From Paragordius varius (taxonomy: Eukaryota > Animalia > Nematomorpha), in NCBI GenBank assembly GCA_964247055.1, contig OZ176056.1:8742001-8806000 (forward strand): DNA of 64,000 bases, read 5' to 3'. This document shows, in pieces, positions 12,281 to 26,587 of this stretch. The translations under genes and the position numbers were made by a program. A model generated the notes under the pieces. That model was not told the DNA's origin and ran no database searches. It worked only from the letters and a program-made list of their open reading frames with translations. Each line of letters opens with the position of its first letter. Position 1 is the stretch's first letter.

Positions 12281-15079
12281 CTTGTTGTTGTTGCTAAGGT
12301 CGATTCCGACTAACTGCAACTGAAAATATAACTTCTCCATTCATTGCGAATAAGGATCTGGCGTTTAGTTCGTATTATGATTGATGGTTTCTTCGAGTAT
12401 GTTATCCATTCGAGTTTTTCGGCTTCGAGCACCACTCACTTTTTCCAGCATCAATGTATGAGTTAAATGTCCCAATGTAGCAAATTATATTTTTTGCTGT
12501 ATTAGACTGCCCAGTAATGACATTTCCGGATTAATTTTATTTAGAATAGTGGCGTAGAGAATTTTGTCAACCATTTTATTTGGAGAAGTTTCCTCCAAAC
12601 CATATTTCGAAATAATTTATCGTCGTTCGTAGTATTTTTTCAGCGTCCAGCTTTAGCCCCCATATAGGAATGTGAGGAAAATGTTGCCTAAATTATCTAA
12701 TTTTGGTTTTTAGTTTGATGTCATGTGACGTCCAAATCTTGTTATATTTGAATGTAACTGCTTTTCAATTCTTCGTTTTATTTCTGGAGTAGAGTTGTTG
12801 TCATTGTTTATAATGCTGCCCAAATACTTGTAACTGTTTACCGTTTCAATCTGATCACCGTTGAGGATGTTTGAGCCGGGTTGATTTGCATAACTTTTTT
12901 TTAAGTGATATTTAATCCGTATTTATCGCATTCAGTTGTAAACAATTGCAAAGCTTGCGATAATGTGTTTACATTGTCTGCGAATCAGACTGTGTCATCC
13001 GCGTAATGAACGGATGTTAGTAGGTTTCCTCCTTATTATGCATTCGAGGTATGCGTTAAAAAGAATGGGGGATAAAACGCATCCTTGGCGTAGGCCGAGT
13101 TGTACCTTACATGAGTCAGATATACCGTGAGGTGTAGATATTACAGCCGTGTTTAAGTTTGAGAATATGACGTTGAAGATGTGTTGTTACTTCAAGTTGT
13201 TTTAGGGATGTTCGTAATTTATTGTGTTGGATGGAATCAAATGCTTTGGAAAAATCGACAAAGCACATGTGCAGTTCTTTGTTGAATTCGATGTGTTTCT
13301 CTAGTATCTATATTGAATATCATATCTCGGCATCCTCTGCCTGTTCGAAAACCATGAATCGTGGATATCTCAGGGTCAGGAATGGTATTTAGTCAAACCT
13401 GTATTATTTTTGGGCTTTTGACACCTGGTTAATGAGCGCTATGGTGCGATAGTTGTCGCACAGTTCTGGATTATTTTTTTTTAAAAATAGAAATCATAAT
13501 TGATTTACACCAATCATCAGGAATTTTTTCCATGTCAAATATATTTTGGAATATGGTGAGTATATCGATCGGTTATTTTTTCAGTAGGGATGCTATGCCC
13601 CTCTGATTTGCTAATGCTAGAGTTTTTATAGCACATTCAACTTCTTTTTTCATCATAGGTGGGACTTTCTCTTGAGTAGGTCCAATGATAATTTAGGGTT
13701 ATTTACGTCGTAAAGACTTATATGATTAAGCCGAAGTTTGCGGATTTCGTCTTTTTCAGTGTGAGTTGTTGTCGTTTTTCATTGGTACCTTGGAGAAAGT
13801 TTTTTTATGTGAAATAATTTTGTATGGGCAAAAAGGTTTAGGTTATATTTGGCGTCTGTTATTAACTTTTGGCACAGTTGGTCGCAATAATTATTTTTGC
13901 CCTCTCCTATTTGCATTTGATTTTATATTCTCGTTTTTCTGCGATCTCAAGACTTTTTGCTAACAAATTAATTTTTTGTTTAGTTTGTTTGAGAGGCTGT
14001 ATAAATTTGTCGCTTGTATCTCTGCAAATTGTGTCTATAGCATTCCAGAATCTGACAGTTTTCGGAATTATGATTAAGACACTCGAAACGATTTAATAAA
14101 GCGGTGCTAAATTTGTTCCGATTGTATCATAATCTAATCTTGTTCTGGGGAGTTCGTATATTTCGGGTAGTTGTAATTTAATGCAGAGTTTGGCGATGAA
14201 TAGGTTGTAGTCGCTGTAGCAATCCGATCCCGGCAGGCATTTAACAATATGAAATAAACTTTTATATTTAACCATACCTAATATGAAGTCAATTTGGTTT
14301 TAAGGTATCTTTGACACGGGGAACGCCATGTGTAAAGAAGTCGTTTAGGTTTTTAAAAGGTGTTTTAGACGAACAAACGATGGTTAGCACAGACTTCGAT
14401 TGATCTTGGTGTTTTTTATGACCAAGATACCCCCCATCATAGGAAATGTTTTGTTTTTTCCTATGATAGAATTGAGGTCTCCTAAGATATATGATATCTT
14501 TTTTTTGATATTTGGGAATTCGCTAAATCGAGATCACTTAAATATTTTTCACAGTCGTCATCGCTGCGAAAGGGCCGTAAATTAGAAAGATTGTAAAATT
14601 GTATGCGGTTTGTAATTGCACATTTATTGTTGGATTAAAAATGTTAAATTAGCTAGCTTTTTATTCATTATTATACCGACACCGTTGTATTTGAACGAAT
14701 TATGGCTAGAGTAATTTATATGATTGTCGATTCTAAAGTTCCGATAGAGAGAATGTGTGATTCTTTTCCAATAATGTCATTTTTATTACTGGTCATTTCA
14801 TTTACTACTAAATCTAATTTATTATTGTGGTGAGCCCGTAAATTCCACGTTCCGATACGGATGCTGAGATTACGCGATTTCAACATTTCCAATATGTGCT
14901 TTAAATGAGAGAATGTGATGGGAAATATGTTAAGGTTATGAAAGGAATATAATATAAATATGTCTACAATGTTCGGATAAGGTATAAAATCAATGTTTTT
15001 GGTAAATAAGGTAGATAAGAATAGGGTAGGTATACCATACCTTTCCCTCTCGATTAAAAAACATGTGTTTACATGCGTG
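12281..15079 (-). mobile_element. Decayed RTE-clade LINE (family R2, copy 1)
   Basis: (CAA)n 3' tail at 12281-12293; remnants of GLRQGCVLSP, HYADD, DFSKAFDS, PGSDCYSD; collinear with 47666-50511; 5' end CACGCATGTAAACACATG. Confidence 0.9.
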
Positions 15080-16279
15080 AAATAATATATATTAGTAAAT
15101 ATATTGATTGAGAAATTTTTTTATTAATGTAAAAGCCTTTTTATTGATTGAAAAATGTTTTGATTGATTTGGAAAACCATTCGATAAATTGGTAAAACGT
15201 TTGAATTGCAGACTTGGAAATGATATATTATATCATACATATAATGCAATAAAATATTATTATTTTTATCTGTCAAATACCTTCACATTGGCATCCTGCT
15301 CAAGAACCTTACAAGAGTTACTATTTGAATCGCAACTAAAAAAAGCATTTACTCAACCACATATTTAAATACTCTTCTAGAATCTTTAACTTTAACGACT
15401 TTTAATAGACCTAAAGTATTACTTTGCACATTTTATTTATCACATATAACATAATATTTTCAATAATCTATTAATTTTGCAAAATAAATAAGACAGTCAT
15501 TTTGTTAGTTTATTAACACCAAATTTACAATAATTAATTTAACCTTATACCAATAAATAAAAATACATATACGAAAAAGAGTATTTCCCTTTTTACTTTA
15601 AATCAGGCCAAAAATATCATGGCGACCCCTTTTTAAATTATGTAACTTATTTTAAACCCAATTTTGGATGATATAACTTCTGAAAAATCATATATTTTTT
15701 ATTTAATTCCAATTTTTTATTTTTTAGATTTTTAGAGCCTTTTTGCGTCCCGAAAAAAGCGTGTTGTACATCCATGTTTTAAATTACAGTATGCATTTTA
15801 ATGTATGTTAAGTAATTTTATTACCAGTCAAATAACATAAATGGTTTACAAATGCTTAAAATACTGACCCACGAAATTATTTCGTAGCACACATATGAAA
15901 GAGGATTGACGTGAGAATTAACATAGGCTTTAATTTGATGGATATTTTGTAATGTTAAATTTTGAGAATATTATAGCAATTTATGTTAACATTTGTAATA
16001 TTGTTGTTACGCATTTAGATGCGGAATTTTGTGGGTTTTTATCTTTGATAAATTAATAAATAGTATAATACGTATTTTAAGATTTTTTATGTTAATTATT
16101 CCTATTAATAATAAATATTTTTCAACATGCTAAATACCTGTATTAATCAATATTGGTATTATTATTTTATATAGTTGTTATTACTAATTAAAAAAACACA
16201 GGTAAACATTTATTTGTGAAAATTTAAGTAGATTTTAGATTTTGTCTTGTATGTTTTGCATTGTTAATTATTAATAATT

Positions 16280-17320
16280 TTTAAGTGTTTCAGATTTAAT
16301 CAGGTAAAAATTCGGTTTTTAAATTTAGTCAATTTTTTTTTGTTTTTTTAATATAACATTGTTAATTGTAATCTACTACTATATACTTTGGACATTTTAA
16401 TAAATACAGGTAAAAATTGCAGTTTTTAACAAATTTAGTTTTTTTTGTTTTTTAGGTTTTGCATTGTTAGTTTAATTAATTACTACATATTTTGGACATT
16501 TTAATAAAGTAAAAATTGCGGTTTTTAACAAATTTAGTAAAAATTTAGTTTTTTTTGTTTTTTAGGTTGTGCATTGTTAATTGTAATTAATTACTACATA
16601 TTTTGGACATTATAATAAATACAGGTAAATTTGCGGTTTTTAACAAATTTAGTAAAAATTTAGTTTTTTTTTGTTTTTTAGGTTTTGCATTGTTAATTGT
16701 AATTAATTACTACATATTTTAAACATTTTAATAAATACAAGTAAAATTGCAGTTTTCAATTTAGTAAAAATTTAGTTTTTTTTTGTTTTTTAGGTTTTGC
16801 ATTGTTAGTTGTAATTAATTACTACATATTTTGGACATTATAATAAATACAGGTAAAAATTGCGGTTTTTAACAAATTTAGTAAAAATTTAGTTTTTTTT
16901 GTTTTTTAGGTTTTGCATTGTTAATTGTAATTAATTACTAAATATTTTGGACATTATAATAAATACAGGTAAATGCGGTTTTTAACAAATTTAGTAAAAA
17001 ATTTTGTTTTTTAGGTTTTGCATTGTTAATTGTAATTAATTACTACATATTTTAAACATTTTAATAAATACAAGTAAAATTGCAGTTTTTAACAATTTAG
17101 TAAAAATTTAGTTTTTTTTTGTTTTTTAGGTTTTGCATTGTTAGTTGTAATTAATTACTACATATTTTGGACATTATAATAAATACAGGTAAAACTTGCG
17201 GTTTTTAAAAAATTAGTAAAATTTTTAATATTTTGTTCACTTGCTACTAATTTATTATTTACTATATATTTTTTATACATTGCTATATACAGGTAATTAT
17301 TACTATGATTTGCGGTTTTT
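16280..17320 (+). repeat. Tandem array of ~100-117-bp units (about 9-10) in the foldback left arm
   Basis: Unit core AATAAATACAGGTAAAAATTGCGGTTTTTAACAAATTTAGTAAAAATTTAG...GGTTTTGCATTGTTAATTGTAATTAATTACTACATATTTTGGACATT. Confidence 0.95.
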
Positions 17321-18819
17321 TAAATTTTTAGGAAAATTATTTTTTTTGTTTTACATTGATAACTAATATACAAATATAGTTATATCTGATCATACAGGTA
17401 AAAACGCATGTTACGATCTTAGGGTTGCATTTAATTTTCAAATCCAACGATGTATATTTAACACCTTATGTCACCAAATATTAAAAAAATGATCAAGATA
17501 TATACATCTTTTAAAGTATCTAAATATCGCCAAATATAAATAAATTTTTTTAAATTATAAATGTATAATTATACAAAATATTCATAATATTGTGTTTGAA
17601 ATTAGCATTCTTCTTATTGATATTAATACAGGTATTTTGTTTCTTATATTGATATACGATGCGGTGTGCGTTCCTGATCATATCTTAGAATGAAGAATAT
17701 CATGAGATGCCAAATAATTAAATGCAGATAATCCTGAAAATTTTAATCACCATCATTTCTGGGTAGATTAACTAAATAATTTTAAATATTGGGGGCTAAG
17801 CATTCAAAGTTTGGAAGGGAACTAAATAAGGTTGACTTAGCTTTTTAACAACTAAATTTGCAAAAAATATTTTCTTCATGATAAAAATTCAAAAATGATA
17901 CTTTATGTTTACGTTTTCGTTCTACTATCTAAACTATAAATAAGGCTTATATGATTTTACTAATGACGTAGAAAATAGAAACAACTATTTTTTTCAAAAG
18001 TTTTGAATGTAACAGCTCTCCAAAAATTAAGCAGAAAACACTAAAATTGTTTGCTTTGGTGAAGAATAGTTTTTCATATTTGTATAGTTTAGGATAGTAG
18101 AACGAAAACGCAAAAACATAAGTATCATTTTTGAATTTTTTATCATGAAGAAAATATTTTTTGCAAATTTAGTTGTTAAAAAGCCAAGTCAACCTTATGT
18201 TCCCTTTCAAACTTTGAATGTTTTAGCCCCCCTTTTAAAAATACTTCTAGAATCCAGGTATCAATTTTTTAATATATTAATAAATACCTTTCTATCTTAT
18301 ATTTGAAAATAAATTTAGAATCCAGGTATCAATTTTCTAATATATTAATAAATACCTTTCTATCTTATATTTTAGTTGATAGAATCTACCCAGAAAATGA
18401 TGATGATTAAATTTTCAATCTGCATTTAATTATTTTTTGCATCTCATATTCTTCAATCTAAGATAAGATCATCATGAACGCATACCGCATCGTATATCAA
18501 TATTAGAAACAAATTACCTGTTTTAATATCAATAAGAAGAATGCTTATTTTAAACATAATATTATGAATATTTTGTATAATTATACATTTATAATTTAAA
18601 TAAATTTTATTATATTTGGCGATATTCAGATACTTTAAAAGATGTTTTTATATTTTGATCATTTTTTCAATCTTTGGTGACATAAGGTGTTAAATATACA
18701 TCGTTGGATTTGGAAAAACCTAAGACCGTAACATGCGTTTTTACCTGTATGCTCAGATATAACTATATTTGTATATTAGTTATCAATGTAAAAAAAAAAT
18801 AATTTTCCTAAAAATTTAA

Positions 18820-19560
18820 AAAACCGCAAATCATAGTAATATTTACCTGTATATATCAATGTATAAAAAATATATAGTAAATAATAAATTAGTAAGGTTG
18901 AACAAAATATTAAAAATTTTACTAATTTTTTAAAAACCGCAATTTTCCGATGCTTTTTAAATGTCCAAAATATTTAGTAATTAATTACAAATAACAATGC
19001 GAAACCTAAAAAACAAAAAAAACTAAATTTTTACTAAATTTGTTAAAAACCGCAATTTTTGCCTGTATTTATTATAATGTCCAAAATATGTAATAATTAA
19101 TTACAACTAACAATGCAAAACCTAAAAAACAAAAAAACCTAAATTTTTACTAAATTTGTTAAAAACCGCAATATTTACTACCTGTAATTATCATAAAGTC
19201 CAAGATATGTAGTAATTAATTACAATTAACAATGCAAAACCTAAAAAACAAAAAAACTAAATTCTGACTAAATTTGTTAAAAACTGCAATTTTGCCTGTA
19301 TTTATTAAAATGTTTAAAATATGTAGTAATTAATTACAATTAACAATGCAAAACCTAAAAAACAAAAAATAAACTAAATTTTTACTAAATTTGTTAAAAA
19401 CCGCAATTTTTACCTGTATTTATTATAATGTCCAAAATATATACTAATAGATTACAATTAACAATGATACATTAAAAAAACAAAAAAAATAAATACTAAA
19501 TTTAAAAACCGAATTTTTACCTGATTAAAATGTCTGAAATACTTAAAAATTATTAACAAT
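18820..19560 (-). repeat. Inverted array of the same ~115-bp unit (about 6-7) in the foldback right arm
   Basis: CCGCAATTTTTACCTGTATTT and variants at ~18938, 19050, 19165, 19283, 19401, 19510. Confidence 0.95.
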
Positions 19561-19859
19561 GCAAAACATACAAGAAATTTAAAATCTACTTAAATTTTTA
19601 CAAATATATATTTACCTGTGTTTTTTTAATTAGTAATAACAACTATATAAAATAATAATACCAATATTGATTAATACAGGTATTTACGTCAGGAGCAAAG
19701 AAAATTATAATAATGATATTTTTAAAATGAAGCTTTATCTTTCATTGAAAAAATTCTTTGAGAAAAAATATAGGCAAATATTGCCGTTTTTCTGATATCG
19801 AGCAACTACCACAAAAGTAAACATATCAATGTGCTTAAAAAATTTTTAAACATAATATA

Positions 19860-20907
19860 CCAGCGATATCATTTGCCGTAAAATTTTTATTTGTTTACGA
19901 CCTAGTTATGAAATATTGAGAGAAAATTTTCGGGCAAAAAGTGATTAAGGATAATTCAACAAATAATGATAAAAGTTGAGATATTATGGTTTATTTTCAG
20001 TTAATAAATAGCCTATAATCATATATTTAGGGTTTATATAAAATCTCAGTTCAAAAGATAGCGTTTTGCTTATATTTAAATAATTTTTTGAATTAGTTAC
20101 TATCTAAACTTACTATTAAATCTTAACATTCATATTTAATTCAATAAAAAAATATATTAAAACAAGACTAAAAAATATTGTTTTTTATTTTTTCATTTTT
20201 TGTCATCTGGTTTATGAGTGTATAAAAATTTACTATTTTATTTTGGATTCTTACATGAGCGGGAAAATATAAAGTATATAAATTAATACAAAATAGGATT
20301 TACAAGTAATGGAATATAAGCAAAATTCCGTCCGAATCCCAGTTATTAATTTGTGTTAAAACAAACTTGTTAGAGGAATTGTAAGTTGATGGTCCACTAC
20401 TAAAAATTCCTATTTTGCATAAATTTACTTCATGATTCCCACTCATGTAAAATAAAATAAAACAGTATAAATTTACTCATAAAGATGATTAAAGATGATG
20501 AAAGAAAAAAATACAATATTTTCTACTTTTATAATATATTTTTTTACTGAATAAAATATGAAAGTTGAAATTTTAATAGCGAGTTCAAGTAATTAATAAA
20601 ATTATTTTAATATAAGTTTCATGAAAATTCTTTTTAAGTATTTTCAAACAAAAACGCCATCTTTACTGAGATTTTTCCTAATATGATTTTAGGCTATTGT
20701 AAACCAAAAATCTCAAATTTTATCATTATTTTTTGAATTATCCTAATTAATTATCCAAAATTCTCACCTTTTGCCATATTTTGATTTTCAATTAATATTT
20801 CAAAAACTAGCAATAAATTTAAATTTTTGCGGCAACGCTAGTCATAGGCTATCTCATAAAAAAAATTAATTGTTAAAATAAATTAATCCTCTTAATCACG
20901 CACAGTG
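19860..20907. mobile_element. Long-TIR palindromic element family P
   Basis: ~19860-20290 is the reverse complement of ~20420-20860; right end CACAGTG|TA as in the 5990-6606 copy; left terminus not found. Confidence 0.65.
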
Positions 20908-21016
20908 TATTATCAAAAGGTAGTAGCATGATGAGAATTTTAAATGCATTTTAATATAATTTTGTATCAGGATTTTTTGTATGCATTTTCTAATATTTGA
21001 CTGCAGGCATATAAGG

Positions 21017-21045
21017 CAGAGATGTCCAACACTCGGCCATATATG
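21017..21045 (+). mobile_element. Isolated hAT-type terminus
   Basis: CAGAGATGTCCAACACTCGGCC resembles the 7899 TIR; no partner end identified. Confidence 0.35.
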
Positions 21046-21989
21046 TCCTTAAACCCGTTTAAAAAATTAAATATTTTTATTTTCTAAAACTTTGTAATAT
21101 TTTCAATTTTTTTTAAATATCATATTTTCCGAAATAATGTATATAAATTTACCATTTTAATATTGATTTAAATCATTAAAAACAAATTCTAAATTTTAAA
21201 CACCATTGATTGCGGGCATATGAAAAATATTTTTCGAATTGAAATATTTTTATTAAATGTTAATGTAATAATACACTACATTTTCTACCATTTACCCTCG
21301 CGAAAAAATGCGCGCTAACGCATGATACCCAATTATTTTATATCATTTTAGGTTTTGATGAAAGCGCAGTATAAAATGCACATTATTAGGCTTTTCATCA
21401 AAGAATAATGAAAAGATACTTTTTATCAAAATAAAATGTATGATAATGTCGATCATCAATTCACATTATTGTTGCCGATTGGTACTACAATAGCGTAGGA
21501 TTTAAAACAATTTGTCCATAAATTTTAATGGTTTAGAAAAAAATAATTTCTATCTATTGTTTTTTACTCATACACTAATGTCATGTTTGGCCATTTAACA
21601 TAATGTAAATTGAACAAACATTAACACTTGATACAATACATTCATTTCCGTCCTTCGATTCAAATTGGGGTAGTTCAGGCTTGTTCAAAATTAAAATTCA
21701 TTCAAAAATGATTGATATTTTCAGAAAAAAATCCAAGGTAAATATTTAGCCAAATATAAATATAATACAAAATATACCACTATTACTGTTATATTAAAGA
21801 TTTTAACAAAAGACTTAATTTTAGGCTTAAAATCATATGACGATATTTTGCAAAAATGTTACAAAATAAAATTTGTAAAAACTAAATATTATTTAGTTAA
21901 TTTGGCCTTCCGTTTCCTTTGTAGTTTTATAAACTATCAACATAAATATTGTCTGTGGTATTTAAATACCGCAATTTGAATCAATGTGT

Positions 21990-22260
21990 TTAGGTAGATC
22001 ATTGCACCCCATAAGACTTATAATCATTGTTAGAATTATGGTATATGAAAAACAATTTATTGTGGCTTATCAAAATTATACAAGTACACATCATTTGGGT
22101 ATAGAAATTTATAAAAAAACATAAATGGTAATTTATATATCCTGCCTTAGGTATTCAAAGGTAAAAATGCGGGCCAAATCCTTTCGGAATAAACAAAAAT
22201 TAGTGTCCAAATATCCTAATATATTAACTAATTAAAGTTATTTTTGTAAAATATGAGTCA
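21990..22260 (+). pseudogene. Decayed CR1/L2-like LINE fragment
   Basis: YTSTHHLGIEIYKKT*MVIYISCL..FRNKQKL resembles the KYLGI.ID..L.W..HI region C-terminal to the RT core. Confidence 0.35.
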
Positions 22261-23076
22261 ATTTATTAAAAACTACATCCAAAATTTTCAAACGACTTAT
22301 CTTTTTAGATGGATGGAATATAGTATTTATTCATCTGTAATAATTTCTTATGTTGCGATGTACATTCTAAATACAATATATTTTATTTTACCCAGGTAGT
22401 CTAGACGCTACATATAGGTGGTATGTTTTATTTTGTAAATAATTAATCAAAAATTGTTTGGGTTAACGTACTTCCAATCAATAAATACCTTTAATTTTGG
22501 GGAAAAACCATGTACATTGTAAAAAAAGGAAGAATTATATGTTCGATTGTATTTAACATAGCGTAAATGGTTTACACTTTAAGGTAATTGAAAAAAAATC
22601 TTACCTGGTTATTTTCATACTATAACCTCTGTGTTTATGAACTGATTTTTACAAAATTTATCGATTTACGCACTAATTTGAATTTCTAAGAATATGTTCC
22701 AGTACAATTAACTGAGAAAGAATAAAAATAAATATTTGATCACTCCATTATTTTTTTTTTATATTATTTTATTTTGCAAAAAACCTTATAATAATATCTC
22801 TTAATAATGAATTTTCTCCGGATATGTTTAATATGGTATTGGACAATACATGCTTGCCAAACACAAGGTTAATATATATATATACTTAATAACAATGAAT
22901 AAAATTATACGATGTTTCATACATTCCATTTTTGCAGGAGTATTGGATTAAATTGTAAATATCCTTAATTTAATATTCTTTGCTATCAATTATGTACAAG
23001 TAACTCGTTAAATAAATTTCAAAATAATTCCGCTATATTTAAATTTTTAATTCTTGATAGTTTTTGAATTCAAATA

Positions 23077-23368
23077 TACCATTTGCCGCTTCACTCTTGA
23101 ACAATTCGAATTCTGTCTAAAAAAATATGTTTTTGAATGTTAAAAACTACCTATATATTTTTATATTTTTAAAAATGGAATTCCGTTTAATATAAACATG
23201 ATACTAAAAAATAATAAACTGTGCCTCAAAGTAATAATTCATATTAATGATGATTTATATTATCGTGAAACCACATAATTTATTTTTAAGGTTAAATAAT
23301 TCAAGGGTAAATTTAATTTGTTTGAGGGTAATGAAATGTTTGAGGGTGAATTGGAAGTGTAAATTGTA
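23077..23368. mobile_element. MITE family M2, older copy in opposite orientation
   Basis: TACCATTTG..TTCACTCTTGAACAATTCGAATT start; degenerate GAGGGTGAATT repeats at the right end; AAAATAATAAACT..GCC is the reverse complement of the M2 interior. Confidence 0.55.
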
Positions 23369-24484
23369 TCGCGGTTCTTGGCAGATGTATTTAATATACA
23401 CACTGCCATATAAATAATAAAGGGAAAAATTAGGAAGTAGTTGTAATAATGAATAATATAGATAGGACCTTCTGTTATATGTAAGAGTAAAGGACTAATA
23501 TTGTATCAGAATTTTTTGAATACTTTTTTAACAACTGGCCTGTGGGGCTGACATGATGAAGAAATTATCTGGTTTTGAGCTTCTAAATTTAATCGCGCCT
23601 AGCTAAAATGAAATAAAACAGTAAAATTGCTTGTATGGTGTCTAATTATTTGATTTAAAATGTGTGAGAATATCTCATGTTTTGGGTTTTGTATTTAAGG
23701 AATTTGTCGTTATCAAATAAATTATTTTTTTTCAAAAAAAGTTGCATCAAATTTTAATTTATTTCGAATTCTTAAGATTAGTAAAAGCAATCCATTTTTA
23801 TTAAACGGACAAAAGTTTAAATGCGACAACAATTACTAACATACGTTAAAATAAGGTATTTTATTAAAGTTACTAATGAAAACAAAGTATATCTTTCTAT
23901 CTATTATTGATTTCGATCCAATGATTACACATTTTGTTTGATATAATTATCCAGAATAACATAAATAAACCCAAAATTAATTGCAAACATAATGTACAGC
24001 CTATAATTAATTATATATATGAAGCGAATCTGCTATTGGCTTACCGTATTTAATAATTATCACAAAACCATCAATAACTCGTAAGCAACATACAGCACAT
24101 ATTTTATTTCTAAAATAATATTTTTTTATCAGGATGCATCTTTATAGGCATTATTTAAAAATTTATATATTTTCCACATTTCTAAAGATTTATTCAATCA
24201 ATCAACTGTGGTACAATTTACAATCAACATATTAAAAGATTTTATAAATATTAACGTCAATTAATTTAAGGCTAAGCCTTGAAGTGCGTGCAGGATACAA
24301 TAAAAAGACTGAATCGTATTATTTCTCGTGGGCCTTTATATTTCACCAAAAAAACGAGATTTAAACTATATTAATAATAAATAAGTACATTCATATATAT
24401 ATATATATATATATATATTAATTTAGACTTAAATTTTATCAGGTGTCAAGGCTTTAACAATTAGCGGCCCATCGGTTTCTAATA

Positions 24485-24879
24485 TACCATTTACAGTTCA
24501 AATTCACCCTTTAACAATTCAAATTCACCCTTGAACAATTCAAATTCACCCTCGAACAATTCAAATTCACCCTTGAACAATTCAAATTCACCCTAAAAAT
24601 AAATTAAGTGTTTTCAAAATAAAATAACTCATTATTAATAAGAAATATATTTTTATGGCATAGTTTATTATTTTTTCAGTATTATTTTAATTTAAAACAA
24701 AATTTTTTATTTTTTAAAAATATATAAAAATATTGGTAATTTTTAATCTAAAAACATATATTTTATTTGAGGGTGAATTTGAATTGTTTAATAGTGAATT
24801 TGAATTGTTCAAGGGTGAATTTGAATTGTTCAAGGGTGAATTTGAATTGTTTAAGGGTGAATTTGAATTTTAAATGGTA
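24485..24879. mobile_element. MITE family M2 with 21-bp subterminal repeats, TA TSD
   Basis: TACCATTTA...TAAATGGTA; (AACAATTCAAATTCACCCTTG)n on the left and its reverse complement on the right; the empty site TTTCTAATATATTACATA at ~29003-29020 shows a 2-bp TA duplication. Confidence 0.9.
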
Positions 24880-26174
24880 TATATTACATATATCTTTACT
24901 GTAAGCAAGACTCAAAATTGTAGTACTAACGAATAAGCGCATTACATAAAATCAAACTTTAAAAATTAAATCAAAATAAAATTTCCTAAATTTTAGCATT
25001 AATAAAGTTTGTGTTACCGTTAATCATCTATGATTGATAAAATAATCTTCTTAGGTATATAATCAAAAAACCTCGCACCAATTAAGATTGATATAGCCAA
25101 TATTATTTATACCGTATAATTATGTTAGACGACACAGGTAATTGATTTTGTTTATTTTTTATGATACATTGTTATAACAAATGTTTTAATATAATTTTTG
25201 GCCAAAATTTAGACTTAGTTAATTATATTTGTTAAATTGAGACATTTAAAGTGGCAACTATTGATATAATTTATTCTCGTATTTGAATTTAAAAATAATT
25301 AAAATTTTGCCAAGGTGTAGCCTAATTTTTTTTATTATATATCCCTAATATTAGTGTAATATGTAGTTGATATGAAATAACTTTGCATGATTGTCTTTTT
25401 ATCTTACATCAATCATATCATTATTATTGTATTAATCGCGTTTGGCTTTTATATTCGTGCGTCATTATTCGTGGATATATAAATTCGGAAAATAAAAGAC
25501 ATATTCTTACAATTGTGACGCACATTCGTGTTTAAATTACAACTAATAAAATGTAGGCATGTGTTTGTAAAAAAGTTTAAATATTTTAAATAATACACAT
25601 TATCTTAATTTTACGTTATTCCGGAATACCCTAATTTAATTGATAACATAATGTGCAGTACTAAAGGTCCTATAAATAATTATAAATAGGAACGCAACAT
25701 CTGTCAAAATGATTTTACATAGGGGCTATATTGGCAATTTTCCGAGTTTAATAATTATCACAAAACCATCAATAACTCGTAAGCAACATACAGCACATAT
25801 TTTATTTCTGAAATAATATTTTTTTATCAGGATGCATCTTTATAGGCATTATTTAAAAATTTATATATTTTCCACATTTCTAAAGATTAATTCAATCAAT
25901 CAACTGTGGTACAATTTACAATCAACATATTAAAAGATTTTATAAATATTAACGTCAATTAATTTAAGGCTAAGCCTTGAAGTGCGTGCAGGACACAATA
26001 ATAAGACTGAATCGTATTATTTCTCGTGGGCCTTTATATTTCACCAAAAAAACGAGATTTAAACTATATAAATAATAAATAAGTGCATTCATATATATAT
26101 ATATATATTAATTTAGACTTAAATTTTATCAGGTGTCAAGGCTTTAACAATTAGCGGCCCATCGGTTTCTAATA

Positions 26175-26587
26175 TACCATTTACAGTTCGAATTCACCCT
26201 TTAACAATTCAAATTCACCCTTGAACAATTCAAATTCACCCTCGAACAATTCAAATTCACCCTTGAACAATTCAAATTCACCCTTGAACAATTCAAATTC
26301 ACCCTAAAAATAAATTAAGTGTTTTCAAACTAAAATAACTCATTATTAATAAGAAATATATTTTTATGGCATAGTTTATTATTTTTTCAGTATTATTTTA
26401 ATTTAAAACAAAATTTTTTATTTTTTAAAAATATATAAAAATATTGGTTTTTAATCTAAAAACATATATTTTATTTGAGGGTGAATTTGAATTGTTTAAG
26501 GGTGAATTTGAATTGTTCAAGGATGAATTTGAATTGTTCAAGGGTGAATTTGAATTGTTTAAGGGTGAATTTGAATTGTAAATGGTA
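26175..26587. mobile_element. MITE family M2, duplicated with its host unit
   Basis: Same insertion site and ends as 24485-24879; one more 21-bp unit on the left. Confidence 0.9.

Larger units (their letters stand above)
16131..19686. mobile_element. Foldback-like giant inverted repeat, copy 1
   Basis: Arms ~16131-17940 and ~18075-19686 are reverse complements (outer ends TAAATACCTGTATTAATCAATATTGG / CCAATATTGATTAATACAGGTATTTA); ~130-bp spacer; no ORF. Confidence 0.85.

Noticed and set aside
24490-24590. 21-bp repeats as a CRISPR array
   Set aside because: Head-to-tail with no spacers, mirrored at the other end of a MITE, eukaryotic context, no cas genes.
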